Below are positions 50,406 to 60,180 of a stretch of DNA of 64,000 nt, one piece after another (the first letter of the stretch is position 1; every line of letters begins with the position of its first letter). Under the pieces are notes generated by a model that saw only the letters and a program-made list of their open reading frames with translations, was not told the origin of the DNA and did no database searches. Source of the DNA: Clostridia bacterium (GTDB taxonomy: Bacteria; Bacillota; Clostridia; UMGS1883); contig JAFVPB010000002.1 of NCBI GenBank assembly GCA_017505525.1, positions 13,100-77,099 of the forward strand, read 5' to 3'. Made by a program: the position numbers and the translations under genes.

Positions 50406-51338
50406 TCACTTTATAATTTCTTCAATAAAGAAATACTCATATCCGTTTTTCTGCACTGTTTCTGCCGCTTTATAAATTCTTTCGGCATAGTCACTCTGAT
50501 AAGCATAATAATCGGGATAGAAATACTGCTCGTGAGTTGCATATCCAAAGAATTCACTGCCCAGATTTTTTTCAATCATTTCTTCTTCAATTTCATCAAG
50601 CGGAGTGAGGTTAAGTGTTGGACCTGTGCAGTGAGATTTAAACCCCATACCTGTTTCATTGTCTACATAATAATCAAAGCCATATCTGTAGGGCAAAAGC
50701 ACCTCATTTGGGAGATGGTTGTATCCGCATATCGATGAATCGATTGCAACATTTCTTGTGCCTCGTTTATAGAGCTTTGTTTCGGGCTTTCTGTTGTGAA
50801 GAAGTCTTGCGGCGTGTCCATACGGAAGCACAGACGGGTCGCCCTCGTACTCTCTTGTGGGGCCACTCGTTACCGTCATAACCCTTATTCCGCCATCGTA
50901 AAGTGCACGGCATCCCTCTTTACTTATGGGATTCCAGTGTGTTACAACCGAATGGACAAATGATTTTTCTCCCGCAAATCGGAAAACCTCTTTTTTCATT
51001 TCATCAAGGTCTGCTTTTACTTGTTCGTAGGAAGCGTTCACATACGGATAATCGGGAAATTCCTGCCTTGCGTGGAAACCGAAACGAAGCCAGTCGGAAG
51101 CATTTATAAATTCCTCCTTGTAGCAATCGGGCATCTCTTTAAGAGAAAACTCGTCGTTTCCGTAGAAATTATCTGTTTTAAAGAAAATGTTAAGCTGCAC
51201 TTTCATTCCATAGTTATCGTGCGCCTTCTTAAGCATTTTCATAAATGGGTTATCAAATATTGATTTTGGCTTTTCGCGTGCTATATCGCGGAAAACCCAT
51301 ATAACATCATCGATATAAAAAAATGCCTTTTTCGTCAT
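50406..51338 (-). CDS. hypothetical protein (possibly carbohydrate-active; co-transcribed with the oxidoreductase)
   Basis: About 310 aa from the ATG at 51338 (RBS AAAGGA). Aromatic-rich. No motif I can assign with confidence. Confidence 0.4.
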   Translation of the reverse strand: MTKKAFFYIDDVIWVFRDIAREKPKSIFDNPFMKMLKKAHDNYGMKVQLNIFFKTDNFYGNDEFSLKEMPDCYKEEFINASDWLRFGFHARQEFPDYPYVNASYEQVKADLDEMKKEVFRFAGEKSFVHSVVTHWNPISKEGCRALYDGGIRVMTVTSGPTREYEGDPSVLPYGHAARLLHNRKPETKLYKRGTRNVAIDSSICGYNHLPNEVLLPYRYGFDYYVDNETGMGFKSHCTGPTLNLTPLDEIEEEMIEKNLGSEFFGYATHEQYFYPDYYAYQSDYAERIYKAAETVQKNGYEYFFIEEIIK

Positions 51339-51427
51339 AGTAATCATCCTTTCAATGTAAACTATATCCAAAAACGCCCCGTTTTTCAATAACTTTATTT
51401 CAGAAAAATATAATAATATTTCAGTTT

Positions 51428-53257
51428 TTATTTGCTGAAATAATTCACTATATCCTCTGCATTTTTTCTGCTTATTCCTTTAACCTGCGCTAATTCTTCA
51501 ATGCTTGCTTTTTTAATTTTTGAAATGCTTTTGAAATGAGTTAAAAGTGCTATTTTCTTTTGCTTTCCTATACCCTCAATTTTTTCAAGTTCGCTTTGTG
51601 TTATATGTTTTTCACGAAGCTGACGGTGATATTCTATAGCAAAACGATGCACCTCGTCCTGAATGTTTGTCAGCAGATGAAAAGCTGAAGATGTTGGGCG
51701 CAGATGCACCTCTCCCTCGCTTGATAAAAGTGCACGGGTGCGGTGATTATCGTCTTTCACCATACCGAAAACGGGTATGTCTACATTCAGTTCCGAAAAA
51801 AGCTCTTGCACGGCATTGAGCTGTGCAATACCTCCATCGAGAAGAATCAGGTCGGGAAGCGTTTTAAAATGCCCATCATCTTTTCGCATTTCGTGGGTAA
51901 GGCGCCTTTTTAAAACCTCTTTAAGCGAAGCCGTATCGTTTGCACCCTCAACGCTGTTAACTTTAAAGCGCCTGTATTCCTTTTTATTGCTTCTTCCGTT
52001 TTCAAAAACAACCATCGATGCAACGGTATCTGTACCTGAAATATGCGAAATATCGTATGCCTCAATTCTATCGGGGATTACCTCAAGTCCCAGCGCCGCA
52101 CTTATCTCTGTAACAGAATTTCTTCTGAGTTGCTCTTTAACCTGCCTTGTTTTATAGTTTTCAATATTTTTCAAGGCATTGTCGTATGCCATATCAACAG
52201 TTCTTTTGTTAATTCCTTTTTTGGGAGCATTGATATGCACACGCCGTCCTTTTTTCTGCGATAAATATTCCTCTAAGGATTTCATCCCCTCAAACTCGGT
52301 TGATATATATATATTAGGCGGAATAAAGTTATCACGCTCGTAAAATCTTGAAAGAAAATCCTCCGTAAGCTCTTTTTCGGTGGCATTAAGTGTTCCCGAT
52401 AAATCGAAGCTGTCGCGCCCGATAAGTCTGCCAGCACGAATGTAGAAAACCTCGCCCGAGCTGAGTCCGTCCTGTGCGGCAACGGCGATTATATCGCTAT
52501 CTCCACCGCCTTCGGTTATAACCTTTTGCTTTTCAGAAAGCCTCTTTACAGAATCTATCCTGTCGCGGATAAGCGCGGCTCGCTCAAATTCAAGATTATT
52601 TGAGGCTTCTTTCATTTCATCTGTGAGGCTTTCTATAACCTCTTCATCCTTTCCATCGAGGAAACGGATGATGTTTTTTATCAGCTTTTTATATTCAGCT
52701 TCACTTATTTTTCCCTGACACACTCCGCTGCACCTGTTCATCGAATAATAAAGGCATGGGCGCTCTTTGTGCATATCACGCGGAAAAATCTTTTTGCAGT
52801 GAGGGAGTTTAAAAATATCCTTTAAAAGCTCCATTGTTTCCTTTATGGAATATCCACTCGGGTAGGGACCAAAATATTTTGCTCCATCGTTTTCTATGCG
52901 GCGAACATAAAGCATTCTTGGGTATTTTTCGTTAATAGTTATTTTTATATAGGGATAATGCTTATCGTCCTTAAGCATTATATTATACCTTGGCTTGTTT
53001 TCTTTTATAAGGTTTGATTCAAGAACAAGTGCTTCCATTTCACTATCACAAATTATATAGTCGAAATCAGCTATTTTTGAAACCATAACCTGTGTTTTCA
53101 CACTGTGCTTTGCGCTGCTTTGAAAATACTGACGCACGCGGTTTCTCAAAATTTTTGCTTTGCCCACGTATATTATTCTTCCTGCGGCATCTTTCATCAT
53201 ATAAACGCCCGCTTTTTGCGGAAGCTTTGCAAGCTTTTCTTCAATATTTGTATTCAA
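51428..53257 (-). CDS. uvrC: excinuclease ABC subunit C
   Basis: 609 aa. GIY-YIG (GVYMMKDAAGRIIYVGKAKILRNRVRQY), UvrBC-interaction, RNaseH-like and HhH domains. Confidence 0.95.
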   Translation of the reverse strand: MNTNIEEKLAKLPQKAGVYMMKDAAGRIIYVGKAKILRNRVRQYFQSSAKHSVKTQVMVSKIADFDYIICDSEMEALVLESNLIKENKPRYNIMLKDDKHYPYIKITINEKYPRMLYVRRIENDGAKYFGPYPSGYSIKETMELLKDIFKLPHCKKIFPRDMHKERPCLYYSMNRCSGVCQGKISEAEYKKLIKNIIRFLDGKDEEVIESLTDEMKEASNNLEFERAALIRDRIDSVKRLSEKQKVITEGGGDSDIIAVAAQDGLSSGEVFYIRAGRLIGRDSFDLSGTLNATEKELTEDFLSRFYERDNFIPPNIYISTEFEGMKSLEEYLSQKKGRRVHINAPKKGINKRTVDMAYDNALKNIENYKTRQVKEQLRRNSVTEISAALGLEVIPDRIEAYDISHISGTDTVASMVVFENGRSNKKEYRRFKVNSVEGANDTASLKEVLKRRLTHEMRKDDGHFKTLPDLILLDGGIAQLNAVQELFSELNVDIPVFGMVKDDNHRTRALLSSEGEVHLRPTSSAFHLLTNIQDEVHRFAIEYHRQLREKHITQSELEKIEGIGKQKKIALLTHFKSISKIKKASIEELAQVKGISRKNAEDIVNYFSK

Positions 53258-53322
53258 GGTAACACCTCCCTATTAGAAAACGCCAAAAGCGATTTTTCGC
53301 ATTTGGCGTTTATAATTTATAT

Positions 53323-54678
53323 TTACTGCAATATCGTCATCGCAATTTTCACATAAATGCCAAGTGAAACAGCATCTATAATTGTGGTAATAAACGGACT
53401 TGCCATAACGGCAGGGTCGAACCCTATTTTGCTTGCAACCATAGGAAGCGAACAACCAACCACCTTTGCAACAATAACCGTTACAAGAAGCGTTAAGCTT
53501 ATAACGGCTGCAACATACATTCCAACACCATCGAAAGCCATAAGCTTAAGATAGTTTACCGCCGCCATAGTAACACCGCATAAAACAGCAACGCGTATTT
53601 CTTTCCATATAACCCTTAAAATATCGCGAAATTCTATTTCCCCAAGCGAAAGGCCACGGATAACCGTAACCGATGCCTGGCTTCCGCAGTTACCGCCTGT
53701 TGCCATAAGCATAGGGATACTTGCAACCAAGGCTATATGCGAAGCTAAGGCATTTTCGAAATGAGTTATAATAAGGCCTGTGAAAGCAGCAGAAAACATA
53801 AGTATTAAAAGCCACGGAATTCGGCTTAAAAACATTTTTGAAACTGCCGTTTTAAGATATGGCTTTTCAAGAGGCGTGATAGCTGCCATCTTTTCAATAT
53901 CTTCTGTGGTTTCTTCCTGCAAAACGTCCATCACGTCGTCGAATGTTACAATTCCGACCAGGCGGTTTTCTTCATCAACAACGGGCATTACAGAAAGGTC
54001 GTATTTTGTGAAATCGTGTGCAACTGCCTCTCGGTCTTCTTTAGTGAGGGCAGAAATAACCTCTTCCACCATAATTTCACTCATCAGCACGTTTTCTTCC
54101 GACAACAAAAGAGAACGTATTGTTACAATACCCTGAAGCTTTCTGTTTTCATCTATAACATAGCAGGTATTGATTGTTTCTTTGTCTATTCCTGTTCTTC
54201 TTATGCGCTTAATTGCATCTTCAACAGTCATATCAGGGCGCAGGCTTACATATTCCGTTGTCATTATGCTTCCTGCACTGTCTTCGGGATACTTGAGTAT
54301 CTCGTTAATCATTTTTCTTTTTTCAGGGTCTGCCTGTTTTAATATACGCCTTACAACGTTTGCGGGCATCTCTCCCACTATGTCGGCGGCATCGTCGGTA
54401 TACAGTTCGTCGACAACCTCTTTAAGCTCGCTGTCGCTGAATCCCTGAATTAAAAGCTGCTGCTGATCTTCGTCCATTTCAACAAAGGTTTCAGCTGCTA
54501 TTTCTTTTGGTATAAGTCTGAATAAAAGCGGAACTTTTTCGCTTTCACATTCTTCGAGCATTGCGGCAATATCTGCCGGATGCATTGTTTCCAGCACGTC
54601 GCGTGCCGCAGAATACTTTTTTCCTTCCAAAAGAAGGACTAAAGTATCTGCAAATGTATTATTTGTTATTTCTGCCAT
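53323..54678 (-). CDS. mgtE: magnesium transporter MgtE
   Basis: ATG at 54678 with GAGGAGGAA RBS. N domain, two CBS domains, and 5 C-terminal TM helices (GGNCGSQASV). Confidence 0.9.
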   Translation of the reverse strand: MAEITNNTFADTLVLLLEGKKYSAARDVLETMHPADIAAMLEECESEKVPLLFRLIPKEIAAETFVEMDEDQQQLLIQGFSDSELKEVVDELYTDDAADIVGEMPANVVRRILKQADPEKRKMINEILKYPEDSAGSIMTTEYVSLRPDMTVEDAIKRIRRTGIDKETINTCYVIDENRKLQGIVTIRSLLLSEENVLMSEIMVEEVISALTKEDREAVAHDFTKYDLSVMPVVDEENRLVGIVTFDDVMDVLQEETTEDIEKMAAITPLEKPYLKTAVSKMFLSRIPWLLILMFSAAFTGLIITHFENALASHIALVASIPMLMATGGNCGSQASVTVIRGLSLGEIEFRDILRVIWKEIRVAVLCGVTMAAVNYLKLMAFDGVGMYVAAVISLTLLVTVIVAKVVGCSLPMVASKIGFDPAVMASPFITTIIDAVSLGIYVKIAMTILQ

Positions 54679-54895
54679 TGGCGTTCCTCCTCTCTTTTTT
54701 AGAAGAGCACACACCGTTTCGGGCTTTTCGGTTAAATGCAACAAAAAATGAACGCACAAAACCTGCGCCCGCTACTTCGGTCTACGCTCGCGCTACTGTT
54801 TCCTCCTGCGTCCATTTATCTCACCTCACAAAAACATAATAATACAAATAGTACATATTACATTTTATATCCTTTTAAGGCATTTTGTCAATATT
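54679..54895 (-). promoter_or_regulatory. mgtE promoter and ~170-nt GC-rich structured leader (not an obvious M-box)
   Basis: TTGACA at 54892-54887 (minus strand). Leader contains GAGGUGAG, repeated GUAGCG/CGCAGG motifs, and a hairpin plus U-run (GCGCAGGUUUUGUGCGUUCAUUUUUUG) ahead of the RBS. Confidence 0.4.
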
Positions 54896-55107
54896 TAATT
54901 CCTGAATACCTTTTTCATTTTTTCTTTGATTAAAAGCATTCTTTTTTCAGTTTCTTCTTTATCCTTAATATATTCTCCGCCCATGAAAATAAGAACATCG
55001 TTTTCTTTTCCTTTCACAAGCTCTTTTTTCACGGTTACTATCTCGCCGTTTTCCTTTTCAAGAATAGCAAAACCTTCTTCAAACCTGATTAGAACATATT
55101 TTTCCAT
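54895..55107 (-). CDS. DUF3006-family small protein
   Basis: 70 aa. MEKYVLIRFEEGFAILEKENGEIV...GKENDVL matches the DUF3006 pattern (RFEGDYAVLE...). Confidence 0.6.
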   Translation of the reverse strand: MEKYVLIRFEEGFAILEKENGEIVTVKKELVKGKENDVLIFMGGEYIKDKEETEKRMLLIKEKMKKVFRN

Positions 55108-55160
55108 ATTGCACCTCTTTATCCCTTGCCTTTTTGCGGTCTGGAGAATTTAAACATCCC

Positions 55161-56174
55161 TTACTGTATATGTTGACTGAAGGTTTCACTGAATATATGG
55201 CTTCCGTCTTTCTTTACCTCATCTGTGTGGTAGTAAAGATAATTATGCTCTTTGGGATTCATTGCTGCTTTTATTGATGCAAGCCCCGGATTACATATTG
55301 CACCAATCGGCATTGAATCTACATAATAGGTATTATATGGTGATTCTGTCTCAAGGTCGCGGTATAAAACTCGCTCCACATCATAAAGTCCGTCAGAAAT
55401 AGCATAAATCACACTTGCATCAATCTGAAGTGCCATTCCCTTTTCAAGTCTGTTTTGTATAACACCTGAAATAAGCTCACGCTCGCTTGCTACTTTTGCT
55501 TCACGCTCGATAAGCGAAGCCACCGTTATTATATCGTTCATATCCATATCAGTGCGGTTACTTGCTGCAACTGATGTATACTGTTTTTCAAATTCCAACA
55601 AAAGTCTTTCTATTATTTCCTCTGCAGTTGCAGTTTCCTTAAACACATATGTGTTTGGGAATAAATAGCCCTGCAGATAATATTTTACCCCATCTTTTTT
55701 AGGAATATCCTTAATGAATTCAAAATCAAACTTTTCTTTTTCAAGACACTTTAAAAACTCTTCTGCCTTGCAAAGCCCCTGTTCTTCACATCTTTTTGCT
55801 ATCATTTCAGCGCTGTATCCTTCGGGAATTACAAGCTTTATACCTTCCATCTGTGCCCCCTGATGAAGCATAATATCGATAATATCGTCAAGGCACATTC
55901 CCTTTTTCATTTCATAAACTCCGTAGCTAAGCTTTCCACGGTGCGGGGAATTCTTCATTTTAAGTTTGAAAGAAAGAGTATGCTTTATAACACCCTTTTC
56001 TTCAAGAATATTTCCTATCATTTTTTCCGAAGCACCCTTTGGTATTTCAACTTTAAAGGTTTCCCCGTCTCCAGATGTTGTTTTACTATACTCCATAAAA
56101 ACAGAGAGAGCATAACTCAAAATTAAAACAACAATTAACAAAACAATAAAAATAATAGTTTTGCGTGATTTCAT
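55161..56174 (-). CDS. mltG: endolytic murein transglycosylase MltG (YceG family)
   Basis: 337 aa. N-terminal TM. YceG signature (YYLQGYLFPNTYVF, IASLIEREA). Confidence 0.85.
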   Translation of the reverse strand: MKSRKTIIFIVLLIVVLILSYALSVFMEYSKTTSGDGETFKVEIPKGASEKMIGNILEEKGVIKHTLSFKLKMKNSPHRGKLSYGVYEMKKGMCLDDIIDIMLHQGAQMEGIKLVIPEGYSAEMIAKRCEEQGLCKAEEFLKCLEKEKFDFEFIKDIPKKDGVKYYLQGYLFPNTYVFKETATAEEIIERLLLEFEKQYTSVAASNRTDMDMNDIITVASLIEREAKVASERELISGVIQNRLEKGMALQIDASVIYAISDGLYDVERVLYRDLETESPYNTYYVDSMPIGAICNPGLASIKAAMNPKEHNYLYYHTDEVKKDGSHIFSETFSQHIQ

Positions 56175-56203
56175 TTAATCCCCTCCGATATTAGTTCTCT
56201 GGG

Positions 56204-56914
56204 TTAAGCTTTTATCTTCTGCATAAACTCTTCATAGCACAACACAAAGTTCATTGTATCTACTATGCCTTCTGTAATTTCTGTCTTGTTTATTACGTCT
56301 GCTTCAACTGATAAGTCTTTTTCAGAGAAATATACGCATCCAAGTGCTTCTCCGTGGCGACGGCTGTATCTTTCGATAAGCTCGTCGGCATTTTCCATAA
56401 GCATCTGCCCCTCACGGAAACTTCCAAAGCTGAATGATTCACTATAGTAGCAAACTCCATCTTTCATATAGCGGATAACAAGAGCATGTCCCGCACCTGG
56501 ATTAGCGGCACTGTAGTTAGCCTGAATAGGAAAGCTTAAAACTATGTTTTTTAAATCATTTCCGTATTTTTCGCTAAGCTTTTTCAAGCAGTCGTTCCCA
56601 CTTTCGCGGTATACGTAGTATCCGCCGCTTGTTTTCTGAATATTTTCAAAATTCCCGTACCATTTGTTTCCGTTGCCTGAAGCATCGTATTTGCCGCTGA
56701 AAATTCCCATTGCCATAAGCTGATGCTTAACATAGGAACCGCAATAACCATTAAAGCTTCTTCCAAAATATCCTCTTGCCTTTTGATATATTAGCGCCCC
56801 CTCAGCTTCCATCTGCGCATCTGCAGGCTGAGCTACAGCAAGTGCTGTATTTGCAAGTGCAAATATTAAAATCAGCGAAATAATTGCACTTATCATTTTT
56901 TTCAAAAATACCAT
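56204..56914 (-). CDS. secreted hypothetical protein, possible papain-like (C39/CHAP-type) cysteine peptidase
   Basis: Signal peptide MVFLKKMISAIISLILIFALANTALA. Cys/His pair in GYCGSYV and GAGHALVI. Confidence 0.35.
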   Translation of the reverse strand: MVFLKKMISAIISLILIFALANTALAVAQPADAQMEAEGALIYQKARGYFGRSFNGYCGSYVKHQLMAMGIFSGKYDASGNGNKWYGNFENIQKTSGGYYVYRESGNDCLKKLSEKYGNDLKNIVLSFPIQANYSAANPGAGHALVIRYMKDGVCYYSESFSFGSFREGQMLMENADELIERYSRRHGEALGCVYFSEKDLSVEADVINKTEITEGIVDTMNFVLCYEEFMQKIKA

Positions 56915-57045
56915 GTGTTAACCTCATTTTCATAATAATTTCCAAGTTGTTTGAGATTATAACACAATTTTGTAACAATTTCAAGTATTTTTGTAATATT
57001 TTTTAAATATTTTTAACATTTTCTTAACATTTATGTTTTTCTATT

Positions 57046-57092
57046 AAATTGGGGAATACAAAAAACCTCTCGTATTCCCCAATTTTTTCGCA
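57046..57092. terminator. bidirectional terminator (TTGGGGAATAC-loop-GTATTCCCCAA + T-runs)
   Basis: 11-bp inverted repeat followed by TTTTTTCGCATTTTTTT. Confidence 0.7.
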
Positions 57093-57101
57093 TTTTTTTA
57101 T

Positions 57102-58976
57102 TTATTTCACATCAAAAGCATTTATAAACCACTGCGTCATTTCTTCATATTTTGTAACATCACACGAAATTCTTTCTTTAAGTGCTGCAATTTCCGAAAT
57201 TATAACGCTTCCGTCAGTTATTGGCTTTTCAATAAAGATTTTATCATGCTTTGTGGCATCGTGCTTCTGGCGGTCTAAAAGAAGCTCTTCATAAAGCTTT
57301 TCTCCGTGCCTTAAGCCTGTAAACTCAATTTTTATATCAACATTAGGAACGTATCCGCTTAATTCAATCAGGTTTTTCGCAAGGTCTACAATTTTAACGG
57401 GTTCACCCATATCGAGTATGAAAATTTCGCCACCTGTTGCGTAAGAGCCTGCCTGCATAACAAGGCTTACTGCTTCGGGAATGGTCATGAAGAAGCGGTT
57501 GATTTCGGGATGCGTTACCGTTACCGGGCCGCCCTCTTTAATCTGTTTTTTGAAAAGAGGGATAACGCTTCCGTTACTTCCAAGCACATTACCGAATCTT
57601 ACTGCCGCATAAATTGTGCCCTTTTCCATATTTTTGTGCCTGAAGGCAAACTGCTGAACAACCATTTCGGCAATTCTTTTGCTTGCTCCCATAATATTTG
57701 TCGGGTTTACGGCTTTATCAGTAGATATAAGAACAAAACGTTCTACCATATATTTTTCACAAGCCTCACAAACATTGTATGTGCCGTATATATTATTTTT
57801 TATTGCCTCGTCGGGGCTGTCTTCCATAAGTGGTACATGCTTATGTGCCGCTGCGTGGAAAACTACTTTCGGGCGGTATTTTTCAAAGATTTCGCTAAGT
57901 CTTTCCTTATCACGAACAGAGCCTATTAAAACTTCCATTCTTAATTCAGGATATTTTCTGCGAAGCTCCATCTGAAGCTCGTAAGCGTTGTTTTCATATA
58001 TGTCAAATATAATCAGCTTTTTCGGATTATACTTTACTATCTGGCGGCAAAGCTCGCTTCCTATGCTTCCGCCTCCGCCTGTAACCAAAATCGTTTTTGA
58101 ATCAATATATGCAAAAATTTCAGAGTCCTCTACAAGCTCTTCGCTTCTTCCAAGAAGCTCCTGAGGAGTTATTTCCCTTACCTGTGATATATTTGCTCTT
58201 CCGCTTGCAAGCTCGAAAAGAGATGGAACAGTAAGTGTTTTCACTCCTGTTGAACGGCATATTCTTAAAATCTCCTGCTTGCTTTTTCCCTCAACAGTGG
58301 GAATAGCAATAATAATTTCCTGTATTTTATACTCTTTAACAACTCTGGGAATATCTTCTCTTCCCCCAACAACAGTTACGTTTGCAACACGCATACCGAG
58401 TTTATTTTCGTCGTCATCGATAAAGCAAACGGGGTACAACTCGCTTGCTTTCTTCATTGTTTTTACAAGAGATGTGCCCGTATCTCCCGCGCCTACAATT
58501 AAAACTCTTTTCTTTTCTTTATTATGTATGTTGTTTTTATAAGACGAAACAAGATTTCTGTAGATACCGCCACAATAACGCTCTAAGGCAAAGCCTATCA
58601 TAGATATAATGGAGGCTATAATATAATCTGAAATAGAATGCATATCAGTGTAATACACAAAAAATTTCGAGAATATATATCCCCCGATAAAGCCTATTGG
58701 CGATCCTATAAACAGCGTTATATACTCCTTGAAACCTGCATATCTCCACGAAACTGTATAGCAGTGAGAAAAACCCAGGACGGTGCAAACCGCAAGCACC
58801 ATAATTATAACCTCGCGTTTTGATTGCATAAGCATTTTTATGCCCACACCTTCAAGGCTGTTTTCCCTGAGTGCCCTTGCAAAGCACAGCGAAGCCAGGA
58901 TAATCAATATATCACAAACTACCATTATGAATACGCGGTTCACATCTTTAATCTTTAAAGTGGTGGAATATTTCAT
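57102..58976 (-). CDS. membrane-anchored nucleotide-sugar 4,6-dehydratase/epimerase (CapD/PglF/WbpM family)
   Basis: 624 aa. 4 N-terminal TM. Two Rossmann motifs (VLIVGAGDTGTSLV; ILVTGGGGSIGSELCRQ). SDR catalytic region. Confidence 0.85.
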   Translation of the reverse strand: MKYSTTLKIKDVNRVFIMVVCDILIILASLCFARALRENSLEGVGIKMLMQSKREVIIMVLAVCTVLGFSHCYTVSWRYAGFKEYITLFIGSPIGFIGGYIFSKFFVYYTDMHSISDYIIASIISMIGFALERYCGGIYRNLVSSYKNNIHNKEKKRVLIVGAGDTGTSLVKTMKKASELYPVCFIDDDENKLGMRVANVTVVGGREDIPRVVKEYKIQEIIIAIPTVEGKSKQEILRICRSTGVKTLTVPSLFELASGRANISQVREITPQELLGRSEELVEDSEIFAYIDSKTILVTGGGGSIGSELCRQIVKYNPKKLIIFDIYENNAYELQMELRRKYPELRMEVLIGSVRDKERLSEIFEKYRPKVVFHAAAHKHVPLMEDSPDEAIKNNIYGTYNVCEACEKYMVERFVLISTDKAVNPTNIMGASKRIAEMVVQQFAFRHKNMEKGTIYAAVRFGNVLGSNGSVIPLFKKQIKEGGPVTVTHPEINRFFMTIPEAVSLVMQAGSYATGGEIFILDMGEPVKIVDLAKNLIELSGYVPNVDIKIEFTGLRHGEKLYEELLLDRQKHDATKHDKIFIEKPITDGSVIISEIAALKERISCDVTKYEEMTQWFINAFDVK

Positions 58977-59130
58977 TTGTGAAAGTACCTCCCCTAAAAT
59001 AACGCATTATGATTTATTTTATCACAAAGTATTATTTTGGTCAAGCATAAGAAATGCAACCTATAGCTTTATTTTCTATGGAATAATTTTTTATTGAAAT
59101 AACAACGAAAAACGCAATTAAAAGATTAGC

Positions 59131-59157
59131 ACCGCCTACATTGTAGGCGGTGCTATG
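59131..59157. terminator. hairpin AGCACCGCCTACA-TTG-TAGGCGGTGCT downstream of the SHOCT gene
   Basis: Perfect 12-bp inverted repeat. Confidence 0.55.
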
Positions 59158-59165
59158 TACTATTA

Positions 59166-59600
59166 TTATAAACCTAATAACTGTTTTTTCTTTAAATCAA
59201 ACTCTTCTTGGGTTATAACTCCTGCGTCTAACAAATCCTTAAACTTTTTGATTTCGTCTGCTGCTGAATTAGTGGTTGCTCCCGTTACTTCAACAACGTC
59301 ATTATCCTTATAGTTTTCAAATACTGTTCTAATCTCTGCACCAATCATATTAGCAAACTCATTTGTTTTTCCAAAACTAAACATTCCACTACAGAACAAT
59401 ATTCTGTTTGTGTCTTGCATAGCATTTAAGTTTTGTGTAGCAAACAAATCTACACCTACTGCTCTATTTTTCACAGGAATGAGCAAGAGAGAAAACACCT
59501 TTTTACAAAGGTTATTTTCCCTATGAAAAATAGTCTTATGCATTCGTGTAGCATACATAATTAATGTGGTTTGACAAGCCTTTTTCGACATTTTCAGCAA
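59166..59600 (-). CDS. hypothetical protein with C-terminal SHOCT domain
   Basis: C-terminal EIKKFKDLLDAGVITQEEFDLKKKQLLGL is a SHOCT signature. The N-terminal ~60 aa look non-coding-like, so the true start may be the internal M (MQDTNRIL...). Confidence 0.45.
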   Translation of the reverse strand: MLKMSKKACQTTLIMYATRMHKTIFHRENNLCKKVFSLLLIPVKNRAVGVDLFATQNLNAMQDTNRILFCSGMFSFGKTNEFANMIGAEIRTVFENYKDNDVVEVTGATTNSAADEIKKFKDLLDAGVITQEEFDLKKKQLLGL

Positions 59601-59794
59601 AGTGCCCTGTTATGGTTATCTCCTTCTGGTGGATATCCCCGAAGAAGGTAAAAACCAACACTTATATATTTTTGTCTATTAATTTTTCTAAAAAACTATG
59701 CTTTTTAAGGGGTAAAATCAGTAAAAAAATAGGTTTGGAAAATCTTCCGAAAAAAAGCAACACTTTTAAATGACACTTTTGAGGTTGTATATCT

Positions 59795-59925
59795 AAAGCC
59801 TTCCCCTTGAGGGGAAGGTGGGTTTTGCGTAGCAAAACTCGGATGAGGTGGAAAGGAAAACGTCGTAAGCAGCTACACCTCACCACCGCCTGCGGCGGAG
59901 CCTCTCCTCAAGGAGAAGCCTTTTA
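59795..59925. repeat. GC-rich multi-hairpin element bounded by inverted palindromes GCCTTCCCCTTGAGGGGAAGG / GCCTCTCCTCAAGGAGAAGCC
   Basis: Direct reading. Internal hairpins GGGUUUUGC-GUA-GCAAAACUC and GAGGUGG...CACCUC. The two terminal palindromes are mutual inverted repeats and can also pair with each other over ~20 bp. Confidence 0.5.
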
Positions 59926-60180
59926 TCCGTAAAATCAAGTTTTTCTATAGCTTTTATAAATCTTTTGCGTTATTTTATGAAAAGCAAAAGAGATTTTATA
60001 AAACTTTTGACAGTTTTTATAAAATCTCTAATATTATTTATAATGTGTGGAACTTTGCAACACAACCAATTATGCATATAAAAATGCCTTTACAATTCAA
60101 TTTTTCTTTGAGATTTCAACGAAAAAAGTCCGTTTCACAGAAAATCGAGTTATAGGAAAAAAGATGCACCTAAATATAAC

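Noticed and set aside
54679-54895. Classical M-box (ykoK) riboswitch on mgtE
   Set aside because: Only a GAGGUGAG fragment matches. The remaining conserved M-box segments are not recognisable by eye. Kept as an unclassified leader rather than calling it an M-box.
59564-59886. ORFs 59564-59773 (+) and 59662-59886 (-) in the 700-bp intergenic region
   Set aside because: No RBS, low-complexity Lys/Phe-rich translations, overlap each other and the repeats. The region is better explained as non-coding.
59795-59925. SRP (4.5S/scRNA) RNA or tmRNA identity for the GC-rich element
   Set aside because: It has AAGCAGC and a long closing stem reminiscent of SRP RNA. The GGAA tetraloop/domain IV consensus and the tmRNA tRNA-like ends (GGGG…CCA, T-arm) are absent.
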